A stretch of DNA of 64,000 bases from Moniliella sp. 'wahieum' (lineage: Eukaryota): positions 62,001 to 126,000 of the forward strand of contig RSEE01000080.1 in assembly GCA_003971905.1 (NCBI GenBank), given 5' to 3'. Positions 28,302-39,660 of this stretch are shown piece after piece. The position numbers were made by a program, and so were the translations under genes. The notes below the pieces were generated by a model. That model was not told where the DNA came from. It ran no database searches and worked only from the letters and a program-made list of their open reading frames with translations. Position 1 is the first letter of the stretch. Every line of letters begins with the position of its first letter.

Positions 28302-28837
28302 TCCTGCCCATGCCATCTCTTGGGTCTATCCTATCCATCCACGTTCGCTTCCTTTTTCGTTCGCCTTCACTTTCTCTCTCACCCAGCTGGCTTGCGATGC
28401 TACTCTTTATCGAAAGCCTGATGGTTTGTCTGGTGTCGTGCTGGGGCTTGGCCTTTGAAGCCCTAGTGCAGCATCCCCTTCATCATCATTCCCCTTTACC
28501 ACACACACCCTTAGCCTCTTCTCATTATGTGCGCTTTGTTGCCTCTACTTCCGACCCCCTCCCCCCCTTCCCTCCTTTTCCGTCTTTAACGCCGAATTCT
28601 TCTTCTACCCACCGTACCTTGTCCCTGTCGCTTTCGGCCCCACCCCTTGTCCATGTGTCTCTTACTACTATGGCAAAGGCCTATGGTATTCTTGGCTGTC
28701 TACTACACATTGAACCTTTTAAGCCATGGAAGCGAGCGCGATCGATATTTACAGCCCCGTTTCTTGATATGTACACACGCAACAGAAGATAGCTGCTTCG
28801 TAGGCAGATATGAGAAGAGAAGTATGGTTGATCATGC

Positions 28838-30146
28838 TCAGCGGGGCGGAACATCAACGCCCAAGGCCACCAATTCCCCATTGACGGCATCAATGACCTC
28901 GTCCAACTCGGCCATGCGGGCCAGGGTAGCTTGGTACTCGGGATCCTCGTTGTTGGCCCGGGGAGGGTCAAGCTGTTGCAAGATTTTTTGGCGGGAATAA
29001 AGCGTCTGGTACAATTGAGACCATTCCGTTTAGGAAGAACAACTTGGACTCGAGACGCCCAATCTCGGTGAGCCTGACCCGCTCTGCATCCTCCTCCTCC
29101 TGGATCCGACGTTCTTCTTGGATGCGCGACATGGCGAGGATGTCGCTTGCGGTGGGCCGATCCTCGGGCCGCTGGCTCAAGAGCGAATGCACCAGCTTGA
29201 TCAACCAGGGCGTGTACTCGTCCGACAAGCTCGGCTTTGACACGCGCAAGATCCGACGTTGCGCCTGCGCGATTTCCTCAGCCGCCGTCAAGTTCACCGC
29301 CCCGTCGGGGTGGCCCAGCTGGGGCACGGTGGGGTACATACTGGTGCTGATCAAGCGACGGAAGGTGCAAAGCTCGTACAACACACAGCCCAAGGCCCAC
29401 ATGTCTGATGCTGGACTGATCCATCCTTGGGCCGGATCAATGGTCTCGGGCGCCATGTAGGCCATGGTGCCGCCCCATCGTTGCACAGAGGCACCGTGGG
29501 GGACCACGATACTGCACCCAAAGTCGGCCAGTTTGAGCGTGCCGTGATCGCCGACCAGAATGTTGGCCGGCTTGAGGTCGCGGTGCACAATGGACAGATA
29601 CGCATCTTTCTCAGCGTCGTAGCAATTGTGGCACGCGTCCAGCGCACTGGCCAGTTGGTAGATGTGGGACCGGATTTCAAACTTGGGAAGCAGAGCGTTT
29701 TCGCTCTTAGCCTGGCGCAGGTAGTTCTGCAAGTTTCCGTTCCCAACGTACTCCAGTACCAGGCAGCAGAAACTGAACAATACCATAGGTCAGTCGAGTT
29801 GGAGGGAGGAGACAAGAGGCCAATACAGCACACCAGAACCTTTTTGGCAGTGAAAGCTAGAGAACAACGTACCGAGATTCAGGGGAGTGGTAGTAATCGT
29901 GGAAACGCACAATGTTGCGGTGGGAGATCTTCTTCATAATCTCAATCTCCCGCATAATCTTCTCCTCTTGCTCGCGGAAGCACGCATCCATGGGATCTCT
30001 TTCAGTGCATACGCCTTGCGATCGACACCCGACCGCACGAGGGTAACTGTGCCGCTGCTGCCGCGACCAAGCACACCCTCGCGGATGAACTTCATCTTGT
30101 TCGGCTGGGACAAAGCGCTGGTGGAGGGGGCAGGAGCTTCAGTCAT
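28838..30146 (-). CDS. Divergent NimA/Nek-family Ser/Thr kinase with short coiled-coil tail
   Basis: LGRGSSGTV, YALKEI, REIEIMKKISHRNIVRF, intron 29872-29773, LEYVGNGNL, IYQLASALDACH, IVHRDLKPANIL, LKLADFG, GTMAYMAPE, SDMWALGCVLYELCT and RPTASDIL. The spacing resembles Nek2/NimA. Confidence 0.75.
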
Positions 30147-30230
30147 GGCGACGAACTCTTGCAAGTAGGGGAAATGTGGGGATGTGGGAAGAACAATCGC
30201 CGTTGTGCTTTGGCAAAAGTAGGTGGCGGT

Positions 30231-30322
30231 GAAGCTAGTGAAGCTAGGGAAGCTAGGGAAGCTAGGGAAGCTAGGGAAGCTAGGAGAGGGAAGCTAGGGA
30301 AGAAGCTAGGAAGCTAGGGAAG
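30231..30322. repeat. 9-nt tandem repeat (AAGCTAGGG)n, about 9 degenerate copies
   Basis: Seen directly, 85-175 nt upstream of the kinase ATG. Confidence 0.92.
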
Positions 30323-32708
30323 CCAAGAGGGAGTAAAAGAGACTGAGAGGGAGGCACAGGTATATGAGGGGATGGTGGGGGGACGGAAGGAGGAGGAGCA
30401 AAAGATGGGGGTGCTTTTATACACCTTTGCATGGCCTATGCTGAGGAGGAAACGCATCCCACCCTCTGGCACATCCTCCTCAGTTGCACACGAGGCAGGG
30501 GGACTCTGGGTGGTAACAAAAAAAGAAATACGCCAGCGACACTCGAAGGCACCCCAGAGTCTCACATGTGCTTGCACGGGGGCAGTATTCAGCGACCACC
30601 GGTCCTCGATCATCGATCATCGCTCGTCGCTCACCCATCATTGGAGGACGTCGGGCCTGGGAAATGAAACAGTGCAGTTAAGTGCCCATGGCCCGCACAG
30701 CGGCAGTGTCGTATATTGACGCCTCTCGCGTTCCACCGCTGTCTCGCCCCTGCCTCTCCCGGATGCATTATGGATGGCCAACAGCGTGTTTTCCGCGTGT
30801 GTCGACGAGACCAGCGGTGGCTTCCTGGCCATCGTGGCCAGACCAAGGGTCTCGGCGGGGGAGGGCGACGCTCGCTCTTCCGCAGTGGTTTGTCTGTGGG
30901 GTGGCCGCGGCGTTCAAACTATTACCCCAACGCGCTCTCTGTATGGCAGATTCTTCCTCCATTACCACATTAATCCTTTTTTGCTGGACAACACTACCCC
31001 CCGCACACCCGCACTATCAACAGGAAACCTACCACCCCCACCAACAGTTGCATCTCTCTGATCTGTTTTATCATCAGTCGGCATGGCCATCCTCACCGAT
31101 GGCAATTCTCCACAAAGAAGAGATCGCGAGATATACGGCCCCAGAGCCCACAACCCCACGTCTATATATACCACACAATGGATTAATCGCTCACAACTCA
31201 CATGCCACAGCTGGTAGACACTGTGCTCTCTTCACAGATAGGCGGCGCATTACATGGGGTGGTAACCGTTTCGTATCCGTGCCCGCGGTCCTTCAACAAA
31301 ATGAAGCTATTAATAGGCATCGAACCTTAACCCGGCACGGCAGGGATGCTGCGCCCCACCCCACCACTCTGAACCAATGAACCCCGTATAACATCCGTGC
31401 TCTGTCTTCTCTGATCCTGAGTACCGTTTAATATGCAGAATGCTTATAAGCCCTAGTACATATGTTAAGGGAAAATTGGCATATATGGATGAGACTATAG
31501 CCAAACATGGAACAGAGAGACCTTTTTTTGTGCTTTTTCCATCATGCTGAGGAAAAAGTCGGGATGAGATCTCCCCTGTGCGTGGCAGTCATGCACAGTT
31601 CGCCTCCCACTAGCATTACTGTAGTGGATCGTCTGTGGAATCGAAAGAAGTTGGGCTGGGTTCTCACAGTTTTGTGTTCTCTGTTCCGCCTAATTCGTTA
31701 AGGAAACCCTCTTTGTGATGGCTGGCTTGAATAGACCACCGCCATGCCCCCCTTGAGGACTAACAAGATCCCACAAGCCATCTTGGGCCGATTGATCAAT
31801 CGAGCTTACTATATGATGTTCTTATGGGCCAGACACGGAGGAGAGGAATCATATTGGCATCTCCCAAGCCTAACCGGGCTGCTGATGGAGGGAGAGGTTT
31901 CTTGGGCACGCCGACTCCGTCTCAGGGAAGCGCGCGGAGAGGGCCCATCATAGCCCTTACCCGGGGCGGCCAAAAAGGTGGAGAGAAAGCAACCACGCGG
32001 CGTTGAGCAAACCGCCGGCCGCCACTAGCTCCACTGGCACTGGTCATGCATACTGCCATGTCGTGTCACAAAACAGTCACTTCGTGATAGCACAAGTGAA
32101 TCACCCGCCCCGGTCAGTTGGCCGCTTCCGATCGACGCGCCTCGCGCAAATTACTCGTGAGATGTATAGGAGGGGGCCTATATACGATTTTTACCGGCAT
32201 TGAGTGGCATATTGGTCCTTCATCTTGACGCGGTCTATGCGATTTAATCTGCCTCGTTTCTGCCTCGTTGGTTGTCAATAAGGACCTATAAAACATGTAT
32301 GTCACATGCGAATATGATGAGGCTCACACTCGATGCATATGCTACTCGTTCTCGGCCGCAGCAAAACGAGCGAGACATCAAGCGCAATAACCAGCGATGT
32401 GGATGCTACAGTGGACAAGAATTCAGGGACAAAAAGTGCGCAAGGAGAAGGCAGGGAGAAAACTTGGCTCCAACACGCCAACCGTTGCGTCAGCCGAAAA
32501 GAGCTGGAATATGGGAGAGGCGAAATAAAAAAGCATCAAGCCAAAGGGCGAGCTCAAGAGTGGAAAGGGAAAGAATCGTCCTGATCGTTTGTGTATCGGG
32601 GGCCAGTGGAGGCAAATGGGTAGAAAAGGCAAACAGGACTGAGGGCAACCGACAATCCAAGACAGAACAGGGAGAAAGAGGAAGGAGGGGAAAAGGTGCG
32701 CCTTACCC

Positions 32709-34321
32709 TCAGAGGTCGACCGTGTAGTTGGCAGGGAACCAGCCTACTTTGCCATGGCATCTCCCGACCACCAATCCTCCGCGTCGGCGTCCGCTTCGTC
32801 ACGCGGATCACATCGCCCGCAGAAAAGGAGATGTCCGTGTCGCCCGAGGCGGGGTTGTAGGCAAACTTGGCCATCCAACGTCTCATCTCCCACAGTGCCC
32901 GCTGCTCCTGCCCGGCCGGACCCTGTAGCAGAAGGAGCATTGGAGTTGTAATCCGTCTCGATGGGTGAGGTGGGGCGGGTTGCCAACCGAGTTGCCCACA
33001 TACCCACCTGTGGAGCGAGAGGATGATGCACCGGTGCGCGGGGGGCTCAAGTTGGCTCGAAATCCTCCACCGGCCTCGACCGGGCGCGGTAGCTAGGCAT
33101 GTCATCGTCCGAGTCACCACAGTAGCCACCATAGGATGACTTGCGACGGTATCCATTGCCACTGCCTCCGCGCGGTGGACGGCCATCGCCAAAGCGCGTA
33201 GTTGCTGGCCCATGATTTGCCTCCATTGGAAGCGCTGGAAGACTGGGGGCCATACCGGTGGCTCGAACTGCCGTTGCCAAACTTGGACCCACGGTTGCGC
33301 GGGGCCGAGGGGTCTTGTTGCAGCTCGGTCAAAGTCGTCCATCTCATTAAAGCGTTTCTCGTTATGGCCCCACGATCCGGAATTGGCCCACTGGTCGCTT
33401 CCACGGGACAGGGAATCACTTTGGGTGCGCCGGCTGCGGTAGGGCCGAGACTCTGATGCATAGGGGTCGCGGAACGATTTGCTCCGGTTGGGCGGGCCAG
33501 AGTGGTTGCCCTGTCCTCGCCACGAAGAACCGTAGTCGTCCTCGTCGCTGTCCGAGTCATCATATCTGCCGTTGTTCCCACGGTCCCGACGACCACCGCC
33601 GTATCTGCCGTTGCCATAGTTGTCGGACGAGACGGGGGAAATAATGGAACTGTCGTCATCGTAATAGTAGGCGCTGTCGGCAGTAGGGCGACGACTGACG
33701 CGGTTTAGGATGTCAGTTAGGCCAATGGCAAACTCGGGCGTCTCGATCCGTCCGCCGAGGATATGCCTGGCTGTCACACCTGGACCATAGGCCTTGGCAT
33801 TGGCATCCGAACGGTCCATAAGAATTGTGCCCTCGAGGGAAATGCCGCCATAGAGACCTTTGCTTTTGCTGTAACTCAACATGGCCGCCAACTTGCCGGT
33901 GGAAGAGACGGAGCCACCCCGCGCAGCACGGCCCAAGGGCCCAATGGCAAGCGCCATGTTGCCACCAAGTTGGAGCGAACCTGTGGCCATAAACGTAGAC
34001 ACGGCACGGGCGGAAGTAAGGACAATGAGAAAGTCGGTGACCTCGGCACCGCAATTGAAGCCACCTCCAAGACCCCCAAGGCCAATAGCCGAGGGGGGCG
34101 ACCAGGTTCCATCGGGAAGACGCGCAACGACGACGCCTGCGCCACCGCGGCACTCATCAGGAAGCCGATGCGGAAGACACTGAAGATGGCAAAGCCCTTG
34201 GCGCGCGCCAAGACGTTGGCAGGAACGACATTGTCCACCCGGTCGGGGCTGGTAAAGTCGCGGACGATTTTGGAGCCTTGCGGCTCTCGGCAGGCAAAGA
34301 GACAGGGAAGGGGTTGCCCAT
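32709..34321 (-). CDS. YSC84: SYLF/YAB-domain + C-terminal SH3 protein (Ysc84/Lsb3/SH3YL1)
   Basis: MGNPFPVSLPAESRKA, VPANVLARAKGFAIFSV, GSLQLGGNMALAIGPLGR and SYSKSKGLYGGISLEG. Terminal SH3 ISFSAGDVIRV...EDWWSG...PANYTVDL*. Frameshifted. Confidence 0.92.
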
Positions 34322-34939
34322 TGCGGTGGCCAGGGTATGTGGGAGGCAAGGGGTTGGGGGAGCGCAACCGGGTATGGGGGCTGGGGAGGAAGACAGCCCG
34401 GAGAGGGTTACCGCTGGAGGAGAGACGCGGGTGGTGGTGTGGTGGTGGTGGTGGTGGTGGGGAGGGCAAGAGAAGACGGAAGGAAGGCAAGAGAAGGAAG
34501 GGCAGGCTGTGGGAAGGGGGCTGCGCACACCCGCCTCGAGGGACGGCGAGACAGGCGCGTGTGGACAAAGTACGGCTGGGGCACTGGGCTGCTGCTGGCG
34601 GCTGCTGCCCGCCTCGTCTTGGCTGAGCGGCTGAGCGCCCGACTTAGTGGCAGGCGTTGTGCTGAGTCCACCGTGCTGCATACTGGCCCCATGCCGGCGC
34701 CTGCCCGCACCGACGTCACCGTCCCCGCACAGCAGCAGTGTCCTGCGCGTGCGGGACGCCGGGCATAGTCGGCCATAGGGCCCTGGCCCTGCGCCTCCTG
34801 CGCTGAGGCTCAGCGCCGAGGCTCAGTCAGTGCCCAGGGGAGGACGTCAGACGCTGTTGCAAGTGCCAAGCACTTCAAGAAGCTAGCCCCCAACTGCTGT
34901 CAGGGTGACCGTCGCCAGCCTCACCTCCATGATGCTTGC

Positions 34940-35032
34940 ATGAAGCTCATGAAGCTTGACTAACTTGACGCTTGAAGCTTGAAGCTTGAAGTTTGAAGGT
35001 TGATTTGAAGCTTGAAGCTTGAACCGTTGAAC
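34940..35032. repeat. Degenerate heptanucleotide repeat (GCTTGAA)n
   Basis: cttgaagcttgaagcttgaagtttgaaggttgatttgaagcttgaagcttgaacc, in the YSC84/YDJ1 divergent intergenic region. Confidence 0.85.
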
Positions 35033-36039
35033 CAGCGCCCTTTGGGCTGTGGTCAGATAATCGATGATGCAGACGATGGGAGGAAGATGGTGTGAGTGGC
35101 ATGACCGGTGACCGGCCTGTGACCGAGCACCAGCAGGTCATACCAGGCCATCCATACCTGGGCTCACGCGCTCACGCGTCACGCGCACTCACGCGCTCGC
35201 ATGTCACACCCATGGAGATACCTGTCACTCACTTGTACCCGCGGGTGTGTCAACATCTTCTGACCTTCCCGTCCAACATTCAACTCGCTCGGCGTCCTTG
35301 CTGGGACCGACGCACAAAAGGCCACCAGTTCCCGGCGTTTGTTTGTTTTCAGTGCCCCAATGACGAAATTGAGTTATAGGTGCACACTGCTGGCCGAGCT
35401 CTCTCCTGTGTGGTGCGGGCGAGAGAAGCACACGAACACCCATCCTTCACACCCCCGTATCAGCCCGCCCGATTGTGCAGATGTGGACGAGAGATGGATG
35501 AGATCTGAGAGCCAACGCTTGGTCGTACCCGCGCCCTGACTGACATGCAAAAGGCACATGCGCGGGGCGCCCGACCGACGGCGGCCCATTGGAGCCATCA
35601 GAATAGATCGCACGTGACGCGTAACGGCCGCACCGAGGCATCGGTGCAACCCCCGCGCACTTGCACCGCCTGGCCGGCGTGGTTTGAAATTGGACACGCC
35701 TGAATCATGCATCATGCACCCTGCATCATGCATCGCGCTGCGGTGAAGAGAAAAATAGAATACGATGCTCACCCATTCTCCCGCCGCTCACCGACGGCCA
35801 CGACTGGCGTGGTGCGGATGGAAGGAAGGCGGAGAGCCCGGCGCTGCGGCAGTGTGTGGATCGTTCTTTTTCCCAGCGCCTCTTCTGTTCTGCGCTGTTC
35901 GGCGGGTGGATTCCAAGGCAAGCTTTTCAAAGCCGCTGCCGCTCTCGGCTGCGATCAAAAGGTGGGGCTTCTTCCCTTCTCGGTTCTTACACACGACACC
36001 CCCCTCCTCTTTGGCGATACCCCTCTGCCCTCCTCCACA

Positions 36040-37318
36040 ATGGTCAAGTGCGTGCCCCCCTCCCTCCTCTTCCCCGCCCTTGGCCCACCCGCATGCTAAC
36101 CAGTGTCGATCCAGGGACACCAAGCTGTACGACTTGCTCGGCGTTGCGCCCGAGGCGAGCGAGACGGAGCTCAAGAAGGCGTACCGCAAGAAGGCCCTCT
36201 CTGCTCACCCGACAAGGGCGGCGACCCCGAAGTGTTCAAGGAGATCACCGCTGCGTACGATGTGCTGTCTGACTCGGAGAAGCGCGACCTGTACGACCGC
36301 TTTGGTGAGGAGGGTCTCAAGGAGGGAGGCGGGATGGGCGGGATGGACCCGTCGGACCTCTTCTCGCAGCTCTTTGGTGGCCGTGGTGGCTTCTTTGGCG
36401 GGGGCGGTCCCAGCCGTCCTCAGGGCCCGCGTAAGGGCAAGGACCTGGTTCACCGCATCAAGGTTTCGCTTGAGGAGCTGTACAATGGCAAGACGACCAA
36501 GCTGGCACTGCAGAAGCATGTGATTTGCAAGTCCTGCCATGGCTTGGGCGGCAAGGAAGGTGCGGTCAAGACGTGCCCAGGGTGCCACGGACAAGGTGTC
36601 AAGTTTGTCATGCGCCAGTTGGGCCCCATGGTGCAGCAACTGCAACAGACTTGCCCAGACTGCAACGGTACTGGCGAGTTGATTGATCCTAAAAACCGCT
36701 GCAAGGAGTGCAACGGGAAGAAGGTGGTGTCGGAGCGCAAGGTGCTTGAAGTGCGGATCGACAAGGGTATGGAGGATGGTCAGCAGATTACCTTCAAGGA
36801 GGAGGCCGACCAGGCCCCCAACACCATTCCAGGTGATGTGGTGATCGTTGTAGAGGAGAAGCCCCACCCTCGCTTCAACGGAGGAAGAACGACCTGGTGA
36901 CCGACATCCAGATTGACCTGCTTACGGCCCTTGGTGGAGGTCAGGTCAACATCCCTCACCTTGATGACCACTTTGGCGATTGAGCTCCCAAGGCGAGGTG
37001 GTCAAGCCTGGCGAAACCAAGGTGCTGCGTGGACAGGGCATGCCCTCCTACCGGCACCACGAAATGGGGGATCTCTACGTCAATGTTTCGGTCACCTTCC
37101 CCGACTTTATTTCCGAAGACAAGATTCCATTCTTGGAGATGGCCCTCCCGCCCCGCGCAGAGCCCGCACCAGTTGCGAAGGGTATCGACCTGGAGCCGGT
37201 CGTGCTGGAAAGCATGGACGAGCGGGAAGAGCGGAATGCGCGCGCTACGAATGGGGACGTGGAGATGGACGAGGACGAGGATGGGGCTGGCCCACAGGTC
37301 CAGTGTGCCCAATCTTGA
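36040..37318 (+). CDS. YDJ1: Type I Hsp40/DnaJ co-chaperone Ydj1/Mas5
   Basis: MVK|DTKLYDLLGV (intron 36048-36114), J domain (HPD interrupted by a frameshift), G/F region, four CxxCxGxG repeats and C-terminal CaaX box VQCAQS*. Confidence 0.96.
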
Positions 37319-37921
37319 GTCGTGCAAACAGTATTATCTTGACCATGTTTCTTCTAGTCCTGTACTCACTCCCTGATGAACGTATGCCGTGATTGCTCCA
37401 CATCTGTTTGTCACTGCTGCGTTTTGCCTGGGGAGCACCTGCTGTTCTGCGACGCATTTTTTCTGTGGTATAGGCTCTTCTCCGTTTTCCTGTCTAAGAC
37501 CGTAGAGCGGATAACGGATTTGTACACGAATGCCAGGTCTCTCGTGCGGGGTGTCGTGCGAGCGAGAACACAGGGGTAAAGCTATAGGGCCTTGGCAGCT
37601 ACCTTTCTTGCCTTTCTTCGGCCTGGAGCGCCTGGGGGGAGAAGAAGCACTGCTGATGCGTTTGGTCTGCGGATGCTGGCTATGTGCGGGGTAAAGTGGG
37701 CTGTGCGCTTACCTCATCCTGGATGCGGTGGTGTCAGCGGCGGTTACTAGTTACTGGGCGCAGGGCAGCGGAATCATGAATCAGCTAAGCCGCTGCACCT
37801 GAAATTTCACGTGCGCGGGCCAGCGGGCTCAGCCGGAGCGCGGGCAGCTCCTGCTGGCCGGCTGTGCCCGAGCGCACTTCCTTCTCACCTCCCGCCCCCG
37901 CCCCCCCCCCACCGCCTTGCC

Positions 37922-38419
37922 ATGCTCCCCACCCCGCTCGTGCGCGTCTCCGCCACCGCTGCCCTGCGCGCCACCGCGCACACGCCTCATCCGCTTCCCC
38001 GACCGCCGCATTGCCCACCCCGCCGGGCCGCCCAAGCCCCATCCCTGCGCCCCCTCGGACGCCGTGGCCCAGTTTGCCCAGTTTGAGCAGACGCGTGCCT
38101 CGGGCCCGCACTTTGATCCGGCCAAGGTGGTCTCCTTGGACCAGCTCTTCAACAAGGCCTCCAACAGCGCACCCGCATCTGCAACCAGCTCCACCGCCTC
38201 GGCCGCCGACGGCGTGGTCGAGGACCTGCACCAGCTCCCCAAGCGATACTGGGCCACCCCGGCCTTGGCAATCACCGAGGCCGAAATGGACGCTGTCAAC
38301 GTACGTCCTCCTCCTCCTCCTCCTCCTCCTCCTCCTCCTCTGTCCTTCCTCCTTCTTGGCACACGTGAACAGACAAGGGACTGACCATCCGATAGAGCGG
38401 GGGTGCTTCGTTGATTTGA
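37922..38419 (+). CDS. KGD4: Kgd4/Ymr31/MRPS36 family (2-oxoglutarate dehydrogenase adaptor)
   Basis: Presequence-like start and LIRF...PKPHPCAP. Intron 38301-38395 joins LPKRYW...ITEAEMDAVN to SGGASLI*, the family's diagnostic EIEAINSGGA-type end. Confidence 0.82.
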
Positions 38420-39660
38420 GCCCAAGCCAGGTTGGCCCGTGCGACCGAGCTCGAATCCTGCTTCCAATGCTGCTTGGTGCAGGATCGCGCTGGGGCCTGA
38501 GGGGTGGTCTTGCATCTCTCTGTCTTTTTTTGTTTAGTGTTTTGGTCCCCTTTGGGTCGCGCCTGCAAGGCTTTCTCTTGACGTCTAACGAGAACCTGAC
38601 GTTTTACACACGCTGCAGTTGTGGAGGGTGGAGGGTGGGAAGGGCGAGAGGGTAGAAGCTGAGGCCGATGCAGCACTCTAGTATCCTTGTATCAGGTGTG
38701 AGGCTCGGAGGTATTCGCAACAAAGGCGTATATAGCATGCAATCCTGTCCATTTCTCGTATCATTTGTTCCAGCATAAGCGCCGTTGGCAGGGAAGGGGA
38801 GCGCGCTTCAGTTGGGTACTGGCACCGTACCGGATGTTACCCCCTACCAGGGACAAACAGCAACGGTCAGCCTCGGTTGCAGGCCAAATTATGTAGAAAT
38901 TGATCCCGAGACGCGGATGCGTGCTGCGCTACTAGGGAGTGGGACCAAAGCATCAGAGCGGACCTCGTCAGGGGCGAGGGGAGTGAATGTCACCTGTCTC
39001 TCCGCCAGGGATTGCCGTTGTTCTTCGAGCGTCAAGCTTCAGCACGTCTCAGCACGCATTAGTACATTGGCATCCTGATTCCTTGACTGTGGCTGCACCC
39101 TCTTTCTACAGTCCGTGGGGTGGACTGACGTCGTCTGCCGCTGCCCTTTCCGTACCGCGTTTATCCCCACAGTCCCAAGTCGCACGGGACCCTTCACCCC
39201 GGCTTCGACCCGCCTTTTTCTTATTCCGATGGGGATAATGCCTTTCCTTTCCTTCAGGATAATGACTCCCGGTAGTGCGCGCTATCCGAAGATCAAGAGG
39301 CGCAGGTGCAAAGCAAGAAGGCTTGACTTTCGTCCTAACAGTGCGAATCGCACTGTGGATGCGTTGGAGAGTGAATAGTAGGTTGTGCCAGTACACTCCT
39401 TTCTTTCCGTAATGCCCTTCTTTTCTGGAATATGGCTGGAGGGAGGGGGGCTCGTGACGGTATGATGTTTGACTCGTTCCCGCTCGACCTCGGGTCCCTA
39501 TAGTATAGTCCCGTGGGGGTTCTCTAGCAGGCGTAAGAACCCCAATCCTCTACGATCTATATATACAGACAGGCTCGACCTACTTGGTCCGTCGACCAGC
39601 TGCCTTGCGATGCAAAAATGCAATGGAAATGCAAGGTTGGTTTGGGCTGGGATGTCCTAC

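Noticed and set aside
26265..28316. 683-aa antisense ORF exactly opposite CDC5 (and many similar antisense ORFs elsewhere)
   Set aside because: Shadow ORF expected from high-GC codon bias; no protein-like motifs.
30231..30322. Interstitial telomere or CRISPR-like array
   Set aside because: The unit is not TTAGGG, there are no unique spacers, and the context is eukaryotic with no cas genes.
34940..35032. Heat-shock element for YDJ1
   Set aside because: The GAA units recur as 7-nt direct repeats, not alternating nGAAn pentamers, and lie ~1 kb from the ATG.
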